In this document: one piece after another, positions 27,063-38,194 of the stretch
Layout: each line of letters begins with the position of its first letter
How positions within the stretch are numbered: the stretch's first letter is position 1
Origin: a virus
Virus record (IMG/VR): IMGVR_UViG_3300032083_002558
Coordinates: 3,903-67,902 of that record
Reading direction: 5' to 3' (one strand)
Length of the DNA: 64,000 nt
Notes under the pieces: generated by a model
Told to the model about the DNA's origin: nothing
What the model saw: the letters and a program-made list of their open reading frames with translations, nothing else
Database searches by the model: none
Position numbers and translations under genes: made by a program

Positions 27063-29657
27063 TTATATTCTCCCACTAATTCTTTTTTTAATCGTATTAA
27101 AGTTACTTCTTACAACAGGTTTGTTTGGTGTATTTCTATCTAATCTAACCTCTGCACTTCCTGCTTTATCAAATCTAACAATTGGTTCTTTAATAAAAAA
27201 GTGTTCTTCTCTTGTATTCGTACTTGAAACTCTTACACCATAAAGTAAATAAAATCCACATTTTTGTGGTTGTATAGTTAGTGTTTTATTTTGAAAATCT
27301 CCAATACTTGCATTTGTATATGCAACATCTTCACGAAATCCAACACTTTTGTTTGGATTTGGTTTATTAGTACTTGTGTATATAGTTGTATCGTATTCAC
27401 CGAGATTATATCTACCCATTTTATAATCACCACTCATTTTTGCTGTTAATCTTGGATATGTAAAATTACCATCCGTTCCTACGGATTGTAATTCACAAGA
27501 TAATCTAACGGTTGTTCCTGCTGGAACATATACAATATCCATCACACCAGCCGCACTATCATCACCGAACTTCACTTTCCAATAACCACCATCACTTACC
27601 CATTCTTTTAAACATTGTCCTATTTGCATAGCCAATCCATCTATTTCATGATTGTATTCTTGATACACAGCTTTTCCTGTTGTTCCAGTTGTTCTATCCC
27701 ATTCAGTTCTTGGATGTGACGCCATACGAAGATAATTTGAATATTGAACTGGTGTGAAACCCTCAGGTGCTGTTACATCCCATCTGTTTTTAATATATGA
27801 ATCTAAAAAGTATACAGGACCAGTTCCATCACCCATATAAGGCCAATAAGTAAAACCATCCATATGGAATCTATCATTAAGTTGATTTGGTGATGAGTAA
27901 AAATCATAATAAGGTCTACCTTGATTGTTTAACATAATCCAATGTCTTCTGTTAACATTTTCTCTTGTATGATACCATATTGTTCCATAACTTTCAACTC
28001 TTGTTATATACATATAATTAACATCACAATAAACTTCTGAACTGTTATCTAATAAAAATCCAGTATGGTCGGAACGAGTCATATAACAACCATTGAATTT
28101 TGCATGTGCTCCATAACCCCAATTATACATATTGTAATAACCATCATATGAAACAATGTTTCTTGTTTCCATACCCCAAGAACTTCTAACCATAAATCCA
28201 CGATGTGTATCGTTAGAATTATTCGCACTACCATCCCAAGTACAATTTGTAGCTTCTGATTGATAACCATAATTCAATGTATCAGTACTATCAGGGTCTA
28301 ATCCACCATTGTATCCAGCAATACAAACTCCAGCTCTATAAAAGTTATTGTTTGTATTTCCACCTAATCCTTTGAATTGTACATCTTTAAACCTAATACG
28401 CCGCGTAGCTGCATTATTACCAAGACTACCCCAATTCTCAATATAAACAAAAACTCTATCATCAGCATCGTCACAACGAATCACACAATCTCTTGTAAGA
28501 ATTGTAACTAAACTTCCTACTTTATGAACATATCTAACTTGGTCGTCTAATGTTACTGTAGTTCCAGCAATAGCAGTGATTGTATATTTTGTGTCATAAT
28601 CCCAACCAGTATTTGTATCATTGTTTACATCAATTAAAATTTCATCACCAACTGCTAAATCAGAAGCATTACCCACCACAATATCTGCAGTTGAATCAGC
28701 TGATTCAATAGCAGTTGTTAGAGTGGTTGCATTTCTTCTAACTTGTGAACCACTTGCTGCAAAAAGTTGAGTTCCTGAAGGAGTTGTATCTGTAAGTAAA
28801 TCTTTCCCATGTCCATTTAAATGTCTTCTTTCATTTCCTGTTTGATAAATTGTTTTACCTATTAAGTTAGCTATTGTACCTGATACATTTGCATCAATTC
28901 TAATAAAATTTCTTAAAAAGTCAATTCCAGTTATTGATACAACATTTCTATCACTACCAGTTCCAAATATTATTTTGTATCCTTCTCTAAATACTTTTGC
29001 ATTATCAACAAGTATCATTCTTGGATTTACAAATCTTTGAATTGTAGCAGTTGGAGATACGAATTGTCTGTAATAAATTTTGTTTGCACCTGCTGTTGTA
29101 TCAACATCGTGAACCCAAAAACTTTCATCATCACAATGTTTATATCCTGTAAATCTTGAATACACAGAAATCCAATCACCAGCTGCAAAATTAGAAGCTG
29201 ATATAACAGGTAAATAATCTTGATTGTAATCAATATAATTTGAACAACTTATAGCTGTGATTAATGCCTTATCCGTACCTTCACAAATAACTTGAGTTCG
29301 TGTTTGTGTTTCACACCATATAGCATGTTGTTCTGAATTTGTTCCTTTTAAAACTAATTCAGTATTTGCTTTCATTTCAAACTTACCAGCTGAATCGGAT
29401 TCACCTTCTGTAAAATAATTTGATTCACCACCATAAATTGTAGCTCTACCATTAAGTTTAAACTGACTTCCACTTTGAAAAGATAAACAACCATGTACAG
29501 TTATATCACCATAACCATTTGTTGGCATATCTATTGTACTAGCAGTAACACTATGTCCAGCAGCAATAGTGAAAGTATCACCATCTGCAGGTGTAGCACC
29601 ACCCCAAGTTGCTGATGCTGTAAAATTACCTGATTGATTTGAGGTTAAAGCTGCCAT
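27063..29657 (-). CDS. Putative tailspike/receptor-binding protein (G8-like N-terminus, beta-helix-like core)
   Basis: SGNFTASATWGGATPADGDTFTIAAGHSVT G8-like start; VTILTRDCVI; Asn/Tyr/Gly-rich central region; located among fibre genes. Confidence 0.55.
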   Translation of the reverse strand: MAALTSNQSGNFTASATWGGATPADGDTFTIAAGHSVTASTIDMPTNGYGDITVHGCLSFQSGSQFKLNGRATIYGGESNYFTEGESDSAGKFEMKANTELVLKGTNSEQHAIWCETQTRTQVICEGTDKALITAISCSNYIDYNQDYLPVISASNFAAGDWISVYSRFTGYKHCDDESFWVHDVDTTAGANKIYYRQFVSPTATIQRFVNPRMILVDNAKVFREGYKIIFGTGSDRNVVSITGIDFLRNFIRIDANVSGTIANLIGKTIYQTGNERRHLNGHGKDLLTDTTPSGTQLFAASGSQVRRNATTLTTAIESADSTADIVVGNASDLAVGDEILIDVNNDTNTGWDYDTKYTITAIAGTTVTLDDQVRYVHKVGSLVTILTRDCVIRCDDADDRVFVYIENWGSLGNNAATRRIRFKDVQFKGLGGNTNNNFYRAGVCIAGYNGGLDPDSTDTLNYGYQSEATNCTWDGSANNSNDTHRGFMVRSSWGMETRNIVSYDGYYNMYNWGYGAHAKFNGCYMTRSDHTGFLLDNSSEVYCDVNYMYITRVESYGTIWYHTRENVNRRHWIMLNNQGRPYYDFYSSPNQLNDRFHMDGFTYWPYMGDGTGPVYFLDSYIKNRWDVTAPEGFTPVQYSNYLRMASHPRTEWDRTTGTTGKAVYQEYNHEIDGLAMQIGQCLKEWVSDGGYWKVKFGDDSAAGVMDIVYVPAGTTVRLSCELQSVGTDGNFTYPRLTAKMSGDYKMGRYNLGEYDTTIYTSTNKPNPNKSVGFREDVAYTNASIGDFQNKTLTIQPQKCGFYLLYGVRVSSTNTREEHFFIKEPIVRFDKAGSAEVRLDRNTPNKPVVRSNFNTIKKRISGRI

Positions 29658-29848
29658 TATTCCATTTCATCCTCTGGATTTGTTTCAAACATTTTGTCAT
29701 ATTCTGTTGTATTACCTGCTATCTCAAATGATAACTCATCATTTGTATCAATGATTGTAGAATCCGTTACAGATAATACTATTTGTTTAACATCATTTGA
29801 AACCACTATTTGTTTTGTAGATTTATCATAATTTATTTTTATTATCAT
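29657..29848 (-). CDS. Small acidic protein (possible fibre accessory)
   Basis: Start revised to ATG 29848 (ATGA overlap with the fibre stop, AAGGA RBS). Confidence 0.55.
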   Translation of the reverse strand: MIIKINYDKSTKQIVVSNDVKQIVLSVTDSTIIDTNDELSFEIAGNTTEYDKMFETNPEDEME

Positions 29849-32800
29849 TGATGATTCCTTATTAATTCTATATCTTTTCTTGTTCCATGTATGATATAAT
29901 AACAATGAATATTTTCTTTTGTTTTAAACATACCATTTATATCTATAAATATTTTATTTTCTTTAATTTCTTTAACAAACAATTCTTGATGTTTTCCAAT
30001 ACTTGTTAATTGAGTTGTAATTGTATTTTCATCAACCAACCATTCCCATTCTTTAGGTAAATAAATCACATTATCACCTTTTAATTCACCTCTATAAAAT
30101 ACATCATTTTGTTGTCCCTCTAAAACACCATATTCTAACTTACCACCCTCTGGCTTGTTTATTACAAATGATTTAGAACCAGCTATTAATTTACCACCAA
30201 TCGTTATAGTTGAAGTACCTGAACCACTTATATTACCTAGTACTTCTAAGTTTCCACTTGCAGTTATATTTGTATTTGTTGAAATAAATCCACTTGCACT
30301 TACATTACCTGTTATTCTTAATTCTCTCTCATCACCCATAAATTCTGCATATGCTGTTGCTCCGTGTTCAATTTGTATATTATCATCAGGAGCTAAAATA
30401 ATATCTTCATCTGCAGATATTACTAAATCCTCAGCTGCACCCGTATTTGCTTTTATGAATGTATCAGTTGAATCAAAGAATATTGCTTTGTTCTCAGCTA
30501 TTGTTATGTTATCTGCAAAATTTGAAGTTCCATCCACATCAATGTTATCTAAATTTGCTGTTCCGTTTACATCAATGTCACCTTCTAAATCTATGTTACC
30601 ATTAATTGTTGCATTCCCACCAATAGTTAGGTTTGAAGCACCTGAACCACTTATGTTTCCTTGAACTTCTAAGTTATCTGTGGTAGTTATATCACCTGAT
30701 GCAGATAGTATTAAATCACCTCTTCTATTAATTAATTCAGTAGCACCTGCGTTGTGTTTTAAAACAAATTGTTGTGGGTCATTAGTAGCACTATCGTTTT
30801 GTGATGATAATAAAACATCTTGGTCATTAGCCAATGAAAGTATTGAACCAGTAGCATCAGTTCCAGGAGTTACTTTTATTCTACCACCAGCAACTATCTC
30901 CAATTTCTCTGTTGGAGTAGCCGTTCCAATTCCAATATTTTGAGAACTACCTTGTGCAAACAATGTATTACTTCCACCAGCTTTAACGTGGAAGTCAATA
31001 TCTCCACCATCACCAACCACTATATTGTCTTGTGAACCATCTTCAGTAATAGTTATAAATGCTTCATTACCAGCTTTAAAAGTTAAAGTATCTGTTCCAA
31101 ATGATATTAATGTATTTGTATCACCAATATGAGTTATGGTACTACCAACAACAACGGTGTTGGCTGATAATTCACCACTTGAACTTATGTTTCCACTTGC
31201 GGTTATGTGAGTTGTAGCTACATTAGATAGGTTACCATCAACAGTTATGTTACCCTTAACCTCTAATGTTGTAGTGCCCGAACCACTCATTACCAATGCT
31301 GCATCAGTTTGTGTTAAATTTATTTCACCATTATTAAAATTAATAACAGCTGCATCAGCAAGGAATAAATCAGAAAATGCAAGACCAGCTGAACCTAACG
31401 AATGACCATCATTAGCTGCTGGAAATAAAGCTGCATTATTTAATTTTAATTCATTACCAGCGTTAACTCTAAATTGTATTTGATTGTCTGTTGTGAAATC
31501 AATTAGGTTGTCAGCATCTCTACCGATTTTTAAATCTGTTGCGAATGTGTTACCACCAATGGTAGCACTTACATTTGATAAATTTGAACCATCACCTACA
31601 AAACCACCACTTGCACTTACGACTCCACTTGCGGTTATGTGACCAGTTACATTTATACCACCATCAGATGTTTCAAATTTTGTAGAATTGTTATGTTTTA
31701 ATTCTGTTCCAGCTCCTTGTGTGAATACAGCAATTGTGTTACCATTATTTTGAGCTCTTACTCTTATTTCAGTACCATCTATATATAAAGCACCTGTTCC
31801 TTTATCTTGTATGTAACTATTTGAACCATTATGCCATATATGTAAATCATCACCAGTTCCAATTTTTATTTTTTTATTATCTTCTAAATTTATTTCACCG
31901 AATGAACCAGTTCCTGTAAGAGCAATTACATCACCACTCGCACTTATGTTACCACTTGCGGTTATGTGTGAGGATACTCTTAAATCTCCAGTAATGTCTA
32001 ATGAAGCACTTGGTAGAGCCATATTAATACCAACTGTATTATTTCCACCATCTACAAATAACATATGTGTATTAGCGTTAGACTCAACTCTAAAATCCAT
32101 ATCAGCACTTAAATCATTAACAACAACAGCGTCATTAGAACCCTCTACAAGTCTAATCATTTCAACAGCACCGGCTGTAAAAGTTATTTGGTCACTTGTA
32201 AAAGCTATTTCTGTATTTGCATCTCCTAAATGGATGATTTTCTCAGCAACATTTATATTTTTTGAGATTAAAGTACCACTTGAACTTATATCACCAAGTG
32301 CAGTTATGTCATCCGTTGATGTAATTTGTTCTGCAGTTATTGTTCCAAGAGATGTGATGTTTCCACTTGTTAAAATGTTTCCACTCGCACTTATGTTTCC
32401 ACTTGCAGTTATATGTCCATTTACATTAATACCGCCATCTTTAATATCTGCTACTTCTGTATTATTAGCATAAAAGTTTATTTGATTTGTATCTTCAAAA
32501 TCTATTTTAGTTTGGTCATCTTCTCCAATTTTTAAATCGGTAGCGAATATAGAAGTTATAGTTGTTTGAGCAGCTGTAATAGCTACATCATTTGCGTTTG
32601 CAGTTATACCATCACCACCAATTACATTAACTGTAGCTGAGCCCCCAAGTGTTATAGAACCTCCACCAGTTAAACCAGTTCCAGCAGTTACGGTTACTGC
32701 ATCTTCAGCTAATTTAGCAATAGGTATTTCGTCATTATCAATTTCTGCTACGATGATAGCAGCTAATCCATCGGTAACTGCATCAGCATCAAGAGTAGCT

Positions 32801-35760
32801 GCTTTAATTGTTCCACTTGAACTTATATTTCCACTTGCGGTTATGTGTGAAGATATTGCAGCTCCTAATGCAATTGTATCAGTAGTAGCCTCCGTTAAGG
32901 TTATCATATCTACACCACCAGCTGCAAGTGTTATTTTATCAGTAGCAAATGCTATTTTTGTATCAGTATCACCACTATGTACTACACTATCAGAGAGAAA
33001 TATATCATCACCAACCACTAAATCATCTTTAACAGTTAAATCATCAAAAAATCCATTACCACTTGCACTTATGTTACCACTTGCAGTTATATGTCCGTTG
33101 AATAAATGTGTATCTATTATCGCGTCACCAAATATATTTGAACCTTCGGTTTGGATAGTTGATGAAGTTATAAATGATGATGTGAAATGTGTTACATTAA
33201 GTTTTGTAGCTGTCAAGTCTGAAATTGTAACTGCATTAATCGTTCCACCATTTATTTGATTACCACTAATTGTGTCTGCACTTATCTGTCCAGCGATTGT
33301 ATCAGCTGTAATTGAACCACCCAATACAGTTGATGTTCCAGCGATTGTAATGGCGTCTTCTGCTAATTTAGCAATAGGGATTTCATCATTATCAATTTCA
33401 GCAACAATAGCTGCGGCTAATCCATCAGTAACAGCTGCTGCGTCAAGAGTAACGGCCTTTATAGTTCCACTCGCACTTATTTCATTAGCAGTTAAATATC
33501 CAGCTGAACCAGTTCCAACAATAGTTATATTATTAAATCCTAATATATTTCCATTACTACCACTTATGTTTCCACTAGCAGTTATGTGAGATGATATTGC
33601 AGCCCCAAATGAAATTGTATCAGTAGAGGCTTCTGTAAGTTTTAACAATTCTGTAGCACCAGCTCTAAATGCAATTGAATCTGTACCAAATACTATTTTT
33701 GTATCAGTATCACCTATATGTCGAATATCACCAGCAACACTCAAAACACCTCCTACAGATAAGTCAGCTGTAATTTCAGCGTCATCCGATGAAAAAAGGT
33801 GTTCAGCAGATACTGTACCAGCACTTGAACTTATATTTCCAATAGTTGTAAAACTATTCATTGATGCAGAGAAAAATGGAGCAATTGAAGCTGAATTTAC
33901 AGAAAATGTTCTTGCAGTAGCTCCTGTAAAAGTTCCTCCACCATTATTTAATCCATCACCTGCAGTTAGTGCATTTGTTGTCGTACCAATAGTTGTTGAG
34001 GTAAAAGCATTTGAACCTAATTCTCTTGTTCCAACAACACTTGAACCATTTATCATAACAGCTGTTGCTTCCGAACCTTGATTTGATAAACCTTTTATTG
34101 TTAATGTTTTTAAAGTAGTCGTACCACTAGCACTTAAATTTCCACTAGCAGTTATCTGATTAAATTGAACATTATCAGATGAACCGAATTGAGCTGATGA
34201 GCTGATTGTGGTAGAACCTTTTAATATATTAGCTACAGTCGCTGTTCCACCTAATGTAGTTGAACCAGCTCCCCCAATTGTAATTGCATCAGAGGCTAAT
34301 TTAGCGATTGGGATTTCATCATTATCGATTTCACCAACAATAGTAGCAGCTATCGTATCATTAATTAAAGAATTTATTTGTGCTGAACTTGAAACTAATG
34401 TTTTTGCAGTAACAACTTCATTAGCACTTACTCTTGTTGAGAATGAAGCACTTGATTCTACAATTGAACCACTTATATCCGTAGCGATTTGAGCAGATGA
34501 ACTAATTACTCCTGCTCCTTTTAACCCACCTGCGTCTAAAGTCAATGTATCAAATGTTACATCACCATCAGTTCCTAATCCATTAACATCAACATCTACA
34601 CCATTAAGTTTAAACTTTCCTTGAGAAGAGCCAGCAGATGAAGCACTAACTAAACCAGCTGGAAGTTGAGCTGAACTACTAAATACCCCTGCTCCTTTTA
34701 ATCCCCCAGCGTCTAAAGTTAATGTATCAAAAGTAACATCACCATCAGTACCTAAACCATTTACATCTACATCGACACCATTAAGTTTAAACTTCCCTTG
34801 AGATGAACCTGCAGCCGATGCACTAAATATTCCACTTGGTAATTGAGCAGATGAACTAAATGCTCCAACACCTTTCAATCCTCCAGCGTCTAAAGTAAGA
34901 GTGTCAAATGTTGGGTCTCCGTTTGTTCCCAATCCATTAACATCCACATCGACACCATTTAGTTTAAATTTACCTTGTGATGAACCTGCAGCTGAACTAC
35001 TTACAACCCCACCTGGTAAAGTAGCACTTACATTTGTTAATCCAGCACCATTACCCTCTAATCTACCAAATGAACCAGTTGATATTGAAGAGCCACTTAC
35101 ATCCCCTAAAAATTCAGTATCTTTACTAACTAATATTTTTTCACTTGAATTTGTAGTTGTAAATTTTATATAGGAGTTTGAACCTTCAGTAATGTTTAGA
35201 GCATCTGCCAAATTATCTGTAAGTGTGATTTTATTTTTTGTAGTATTACCACCAAATGTTATGTTAAGTCCTTGTGCAGCATCATCAACGACAATACTAT
35301 CAGCTGCAAGAGAACCAACATTTGTAATGTTATTATCACCTAAAGATAAATTTCCAGCCAAAGCAGTAATTGTAGTTGAGCCAATTGTTCCACCATTAAT
35401 TTTATCACCACTAATTTCATCATTATCTATCTCAGCTACAATTGCTGCAGCTAATCCATCAGAAACAGCTGCTGCATCTAAAGTAGCTGCTGTGATAGTT
35501 CCACTCGAACTTATGTCTCCACTTGCGGTTATGTTAGGAACAATTGTCGCAGTAGCTCCTCTAATAGAGGTCTTTTGTGTGGCGTTTCCAAATCTTATTT
35601 GGTCACCATTTGCAAAATATTTTACAGATTGTTTATTACCAGCATTGAATTGAGTAGAAGTTATTGTTCCACTTGAACTTATGTTAGAACTTGCAGTTAT
35701 ATTGGTGGTTTCTAAACCATTTTTTATTTTAAAGTTTTTTGACACAGCTTCACTCTCCAC
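29845..35760 (-). CDS. Long tail fibre protein with C-terminal chaperone-like domain
   Basis: About ten ITASG repeats, repeated AAIVAEIDNDEIPIAKLA; C-terminal SKSFVI...LEYGVLEG...YRG...LP.EW domain; likely start GTG 35745 after GGAG. Confidence 0.8.
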   Translation of the reverse strand: MESEAVSKNFKIKNGLETTNITASSNISSSGTITSTQFNAGNKQSVKYFANGDQIRFGNATQKTSIRGATATIVPNITASGDISSSGTITAATLDAAAVSDGLAAAIVAEIDNDEISGDKINGGTIGSTTITALAGNLSLGDNNITNVGSLAADSIVVDDAAQGLNITFGGNTTKNKITLTDNLADALNITEGSNSYIKFTTTNSSEKILVSKDTEFLGDVSGSSISTGSFGRLEGNGAGLTNVSATLPGGVVSSSAAGSSQGKFKLNGVDVDVNGLGTNGDPTFDTLTLDAGGLKGVGAFSSSAQLPSGIFSASAAGSSQGKFKLNGVDVDVNGLGTDGDVTFDTLTLDAGGLKGAGVFSSSAQLPAGLVSASSAGSSQGKFKLNGVDVDVNGLGTDGDVTFDTLTLDAGGLKGAGVISSSAQIATDISGSIVESSASFSTRVSANEVVTAKTLVSSSAQINSLINDTIAATIVGEIDNDEIPIAKLASDAITIGGAGSTTLGGTATVANILKGSTTISSSAQFGSSDNVQFNQITASGNLSASGTTTLKTLTIKGLSNQGSEATAVMINGSSVVGTRELGSNAFTSTTIGTTTNALTAGDGLNNGGGTFTGATARTFSVNSASIAPFFSASMNSFTTIGNISSSAGTVSAEHLFSSDDAEITADLSVGGVLSVAGDIRHIGDTDTKIVFGTDSIAFRAGATELLKLTEASTDTISFGAAISSHITASGNISGSNGNILGFNNITIVGTGSAGYLTANEISASGTIKAVTLDAAAVTDGLAAAIVAEIDNDEIPIAKLAEDAITIAGTSTVLGGSITADTIAGQISADTISGNQINGGTINAVTISDLTATKLNVTHFTSSFITSSTIQTEGSNIFGDAIIDTHLFNGHITASGNISASGNGFFDDLTVKDDLVVGDDIFLSDSVVHSGDTDTKIAFATDKITLAAGGVDMITLTEATTDTIALGAAISSHITASGNISSSGTIKAATLDADAVTDGLAAIIVAEIDNDEIPIAKLAEDAVTVTAGTGLTGGGSITLGGSATVNVIGGDGITANANDVAITAAQTTITSIFATDLKIGEDDQTKIDFEDTNQINFYANNTEVADIKDGGINVNGHITASGNISASGNILTSGNITSLGTITAEQITSTDDITALGDISSSGTLISKNINVAEKIIHLGDANTEIAFTSDQITFTAGAVEMIRLVEGSNDAVVVNDLSADMDFRVESNANTHMLFVDGGNNTVGINMALPSASLDITGDLRVSSHITASGNISASGDVIALTGTGSFGEINLEDNKKIKIGTGDDLHIWHNGSNSYIQDKGTGALYIDGTEIRVRAQNNGNTIAVFTQGAGTELKHNNSTKFETSDGGINVTGHITASGVVSASGGFVGDGSNLSNVSATIGGNTFATDLKIGRDADNLIDFTTDNQIQFRVNAGNELKLNNAALFPAANDGHSLGSAGLAFSDLFLADAAVINFNNGEINLTQTDAALVMSGSGTTTLEVKGNITVDGNLSNVATTHITASGNISSSGELSANTVVVGSTITHIGDTNTLISFGTDTLTFKAGNEAFITITEDGSQDNIVVGDGGDIDFHVKAGGSNTLFAQGSSQNIGIGTATPTEKLEIVAGGRIKVTPGTDATGSILSLANDQDVLLSSQNDSATNDPQQFVLKHNAGATELINRRGDLILSASGDITTTDNLEVQGNISGSGASNLTIGGNATINGNIDLEGDIDVNGTANLDNIDVDGTSNFADNITIAENKAIFFDSTDTFIKANTGAAEDLVISADEDIILAPDDNIQIEHGATAYAEFMGDERELRITGNVSASGFISTNTNITASGNLEVLGNISGSGTSTITIGGKLIAGSKSFVINKPEGGKLEYGVLEGQQNDVFYRGELKGDNVIYLPKEWEWLVDENTITTQLTSIGKHQELFVKEIKENKIFIDINGMFKTKENIHCYYIIHGTRKDIELIRNHQ
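34490..35015. repeat. Three tandem 177-bp (59-aa) coding repeats in the long fibre
   Basis: AGSSQGKFKLNGVDVDVNGLGTxGDxTFDTLTLDAGGLKG three times; matching DNA at 34601, 34778 and 34955. Confidence 0.9.
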
Positions 35761-35776
35761 TATATTGTCTATATGT

Positions 35777-35785
35777 TATAAATAT
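35777..35785 (-). promoter_or_regulatory. Partial late promoter motif (ATATTTATA)
   Basis: Core of the motif in the gap upstream of the long fibre gene. Confidence 0.4.
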
Positions 35786-35792
35786 AAATTTT

Positions 35793-37259
35793 TTAAATTA
35801 ATGTCCTAACGAATTTCACACTACAACTAATAAATGAACTATTACCAAGTAATCTAACATTTGAATTACTAACATCTGTAGTAAAATCAACTAAATTCAA
35901 ACCTGAATTTATTTGTGAATATTCGGTATTAAATGCACTTGAACTATTCTGTACAACTAACATTTCACTTGATTGAATATTTGATGCACTTGTTACTTGT
36001 AATAAATATTTACAAGTTTGAAAACTTGATGTATTAAATGTATTAATAACGGTAGATGATGCAGCTGTCATTTGAACAACCTGACCTAATAAAACAGAAC
36101 CTGTAAATTGATGTGTATCATCAACTGAATCACCAAATATCGTTGAACCACTTGAAAATGATTGTGTTATGTTTGAAACAGTTGAATTAACTATATATCT
36201 ATTACCAATTATATCACCACTTGCACTTATATTACCTGCTACTTGTAATGCTACAGTTGGAACAGATGTTCCAATACCAACATTCCCATTGGAGTCAATT
36301 CTTATTCTTTCAGTATCAGTTCCATTAAGTGTTGTAAAGAATTGTAGATTTGAATCAACTGAAGCATTAAAACCGATTGAAGAATTATATGCATTATCTT
36401 TTCCAGCTATTATAGCACCAGCCGGCTGTGAAATTGCTCCTCCACCAGTATTATCTTTATGTTTAAATTCAATACCAGCACCTTTATCAGTTCCCGTATC
36501 AGTATTTGAATTTTCTATTGTTATTATGGAATTACCACCATCGGTATCTTTAGAAAATATAAATTCACCACTAGCTGTTATATTACCTAGTATATTATCA
36601 ACACCACCAATGTTTACAGTAAAACTATCAGAACCGCTTATTTCATAAACATCTGCATCTACATCATAACCCATTCTTAATGCTACTTCTGAAATACCTC
36701 TTTCATCTACAAATTTTACATATCTATCCGAGCCTGTATCTATTAAAATTGGAATATCAGAATTAACATCAGAACCACCTGCAAAAGTTAAAGTATCAGT
36801 AACAACCGTATTACCTAAATTTGCATTACCTTGAAATATATTTGCCTCATCATCTACTGGCAATCTAACTTGGTCTGTATAAATCCATTGGTCACTTGGT
36901 AATCCTAAAGTATTAGTTACCTTTTCACCTATGAATTTATATCTTAATAATCTATCGTATTCTGTATCTAATGATGTGAATACAATTGAACCAGTATTTT
37001 GACTACCACTTAATGATGCACTTAGAAGTGTGTTTTGTTTAAATTTTTTGGTCGCATCAGTATCACCTGTGAATTTGATTTCATTTTGAAACGAACAAGA
37101 AACAGAACCTGTAATTCTACCATATGCTACAGAGGCGGAAAGTGCAAAACCATCTGTAGCTGTATTGACAAAACTAGCGACAGTACCACCTTTTGTAATA
37201 TAGGATGTTTTTTTACCCTCTACACTTTCTAATAATATTCTTAGATTATAAGTTGGCAT
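35793..37259 (-). CDS. Tail fibre-like protein
   Basis: ERIRIDSNGNVGIGT; SGSTIFGDSVDDTHQFTGS; C-terminal domain shared with 21113-22225. Confidence 0.7.
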   Translation of the reverse strand: MPTYNLRILLESVEGKKTSYITKGGTVASFVNTATDGFALSASVAYGRITGSVSCSFQNEIKFTGDTDATKKFKQNTLLSASLSGSQNTGSIVFTSLDTEYDRLLRYKFIGEKVTNTLGLPSDQWIYTDQVRLPVDDEANIFQGNANLGNTVVTDTLTFAGGSDVNSDIPILIDTGSDRYVKFVDERGISEVALRMGYDVDADVYEISGSDSFTVNIGGVDNILGNITASGEFIFSKDTDGGNSIITIENSNTDTGTDKGAGIEFKHKDNTGGGAISQPAGAIIAGKDNAYNSSIGFNASVDSNLQFFTTLNGTDTERIRIDSNGNVGIGTSVPTVALQVAGNISASGDIIGNRYIVNSTVSNITQSFSSGSTIFGDSVDDTHQFTGSVLLGQVVQMTAASSTVINTFNTSSFQTCKYLLQVTSASNIQSSEMLVVQNSSSAFNTEYSQINSGLNLVDFTTDVSNSNVRLLGNSSFISCSVKFVRTLI

Positions 37260-37915
37260 TATGATTTTGCCTTACCTTTTATTGGTATATTAATAGCACT
37301 ACCTTTAACATTGTGAGTTGTACCAGTTAATGAATTTTTACGAGTTGGAACACTATTTTTACCAAATGAGAATTGTCCTAAAGCTGTTTTGGTTTCGTGT
37401 TTAGATTGTAAAACTTTTGGTGAATCAGCATTAATTAAATTTTTTCTTATGTTAATTGGAAATATACATCTATAATTCATAGCGCCAATAAATTTTTTTG
37501 GTATTCGTTGTATGTCTGCTCTTCTTCCATATCGTTTGTTTTTTAAACTACCAACAATAGTTAAAGTACCCTTTCCATCTTGAACTTCTTTATATGTTCT
37601 TAATGGGTCTTTTAATATCTCTACAAAACAAGTAGCAACACCATTACTTTGTTTTAAAGTGGTAACATCGGATTTCAATACAACATTATTACTTGATTTA
37701 AATTCAAAAAGAATACGAGAATTTTCTCTTAATTGATAATTTTGATTTTTTGAATCCAATATAGATAAGTTAAAATAATGTTTTCCAAATGATAAATTAT
37801 CAGACAATCCATTTATATTAAAAAACATTGGATTGTTTGAATTACCTTCAAGAAAAACATCAATTTCATCTAAATCATATCTATTCGCGTATGTTGCAGT
37901 GCTACTAAATTCCAA
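37259..37915 (-). CDS. Hypothetical structural-module protein
   Basis: ORF after late motif copy 4 with GGAG RBS and TTG start. Confidence 0.6.
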   Translation of the reverse strand: MEFSSTATYANRYDLDEIDVFLEGNSNNPMFFNINGLSDNLSFGKHYFNLSILDSKNQNYQLRENSRILFEFKSSNNVVLKSDVTTLKQSNGVATCFVEILKDPLRTYKEVQDGKGTLTIVGSLKNKRYGRRADIQRIPKKFIGAMNYRCIFPINIRKNLINADSPKVLQSKHETKTALGQFSFGKNSVPTRKNSLTGTTHNVKGSAINIPIKGKAKS

Positions 37916-37935
37916 GAGATTTCTCCATATAAGAT

Positions 37936-37950
37936 TTCATATATAAATAT
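37936..37950 (-). promoter_or_regulatory. Putative late promoter motif (copy 4)
   Basis: Exact 15-mer, intergenic. Confidence 0.7.
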
Positions 37951-38029
37951 TGAATAAAGAAATTATTTGAATTTATATTTTTGATTTTTAATAATTCTTA
38001 ATAATTATTATTAAATAGAGGAATTTATT

Positions 38030-38194
38030 ATGGAAAAGAAAATAAGGTCAATATCAATATCTGAAATAATAGATAGTAAACTTATAAATGATAGTAAGTC
38101 AAGAGGATTGACTATATCAGCAAATCTATCAAGAATATTATTTGATTATTTTAAAAACGAACCTAAAGACACAGATAGAATTTTAAAGCTTTAA
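38030..38194 (+). CDS. Ribbon-helix-helix (CopG/Arc-like) DNA-binding protein, 54 aa
   Basis: Not in ORF track. AGAGGA RBS; MEKKIRSISISEIIDSKLINDSKSRGLTISANLSRILFDYF...: alternating beta strand, helix, G-L-T/S turn, helix; fills an otherwise empty gap. Confidence 0.65.
   Translation: MEKKIRSISISEIIDSKLINDSKSRGLTISANLSRILFDYFKNEPKDTDRILKL

Noticed and set aside
29845-35760. Repeats as a CRISPR array or diversity-generating retroelement
   Set aside because: The repeats are in-frame coding units with synonymous variation and irregular spacing; no reverse transcriptase, cas gene or adenine-specific template/variable pair is visible.
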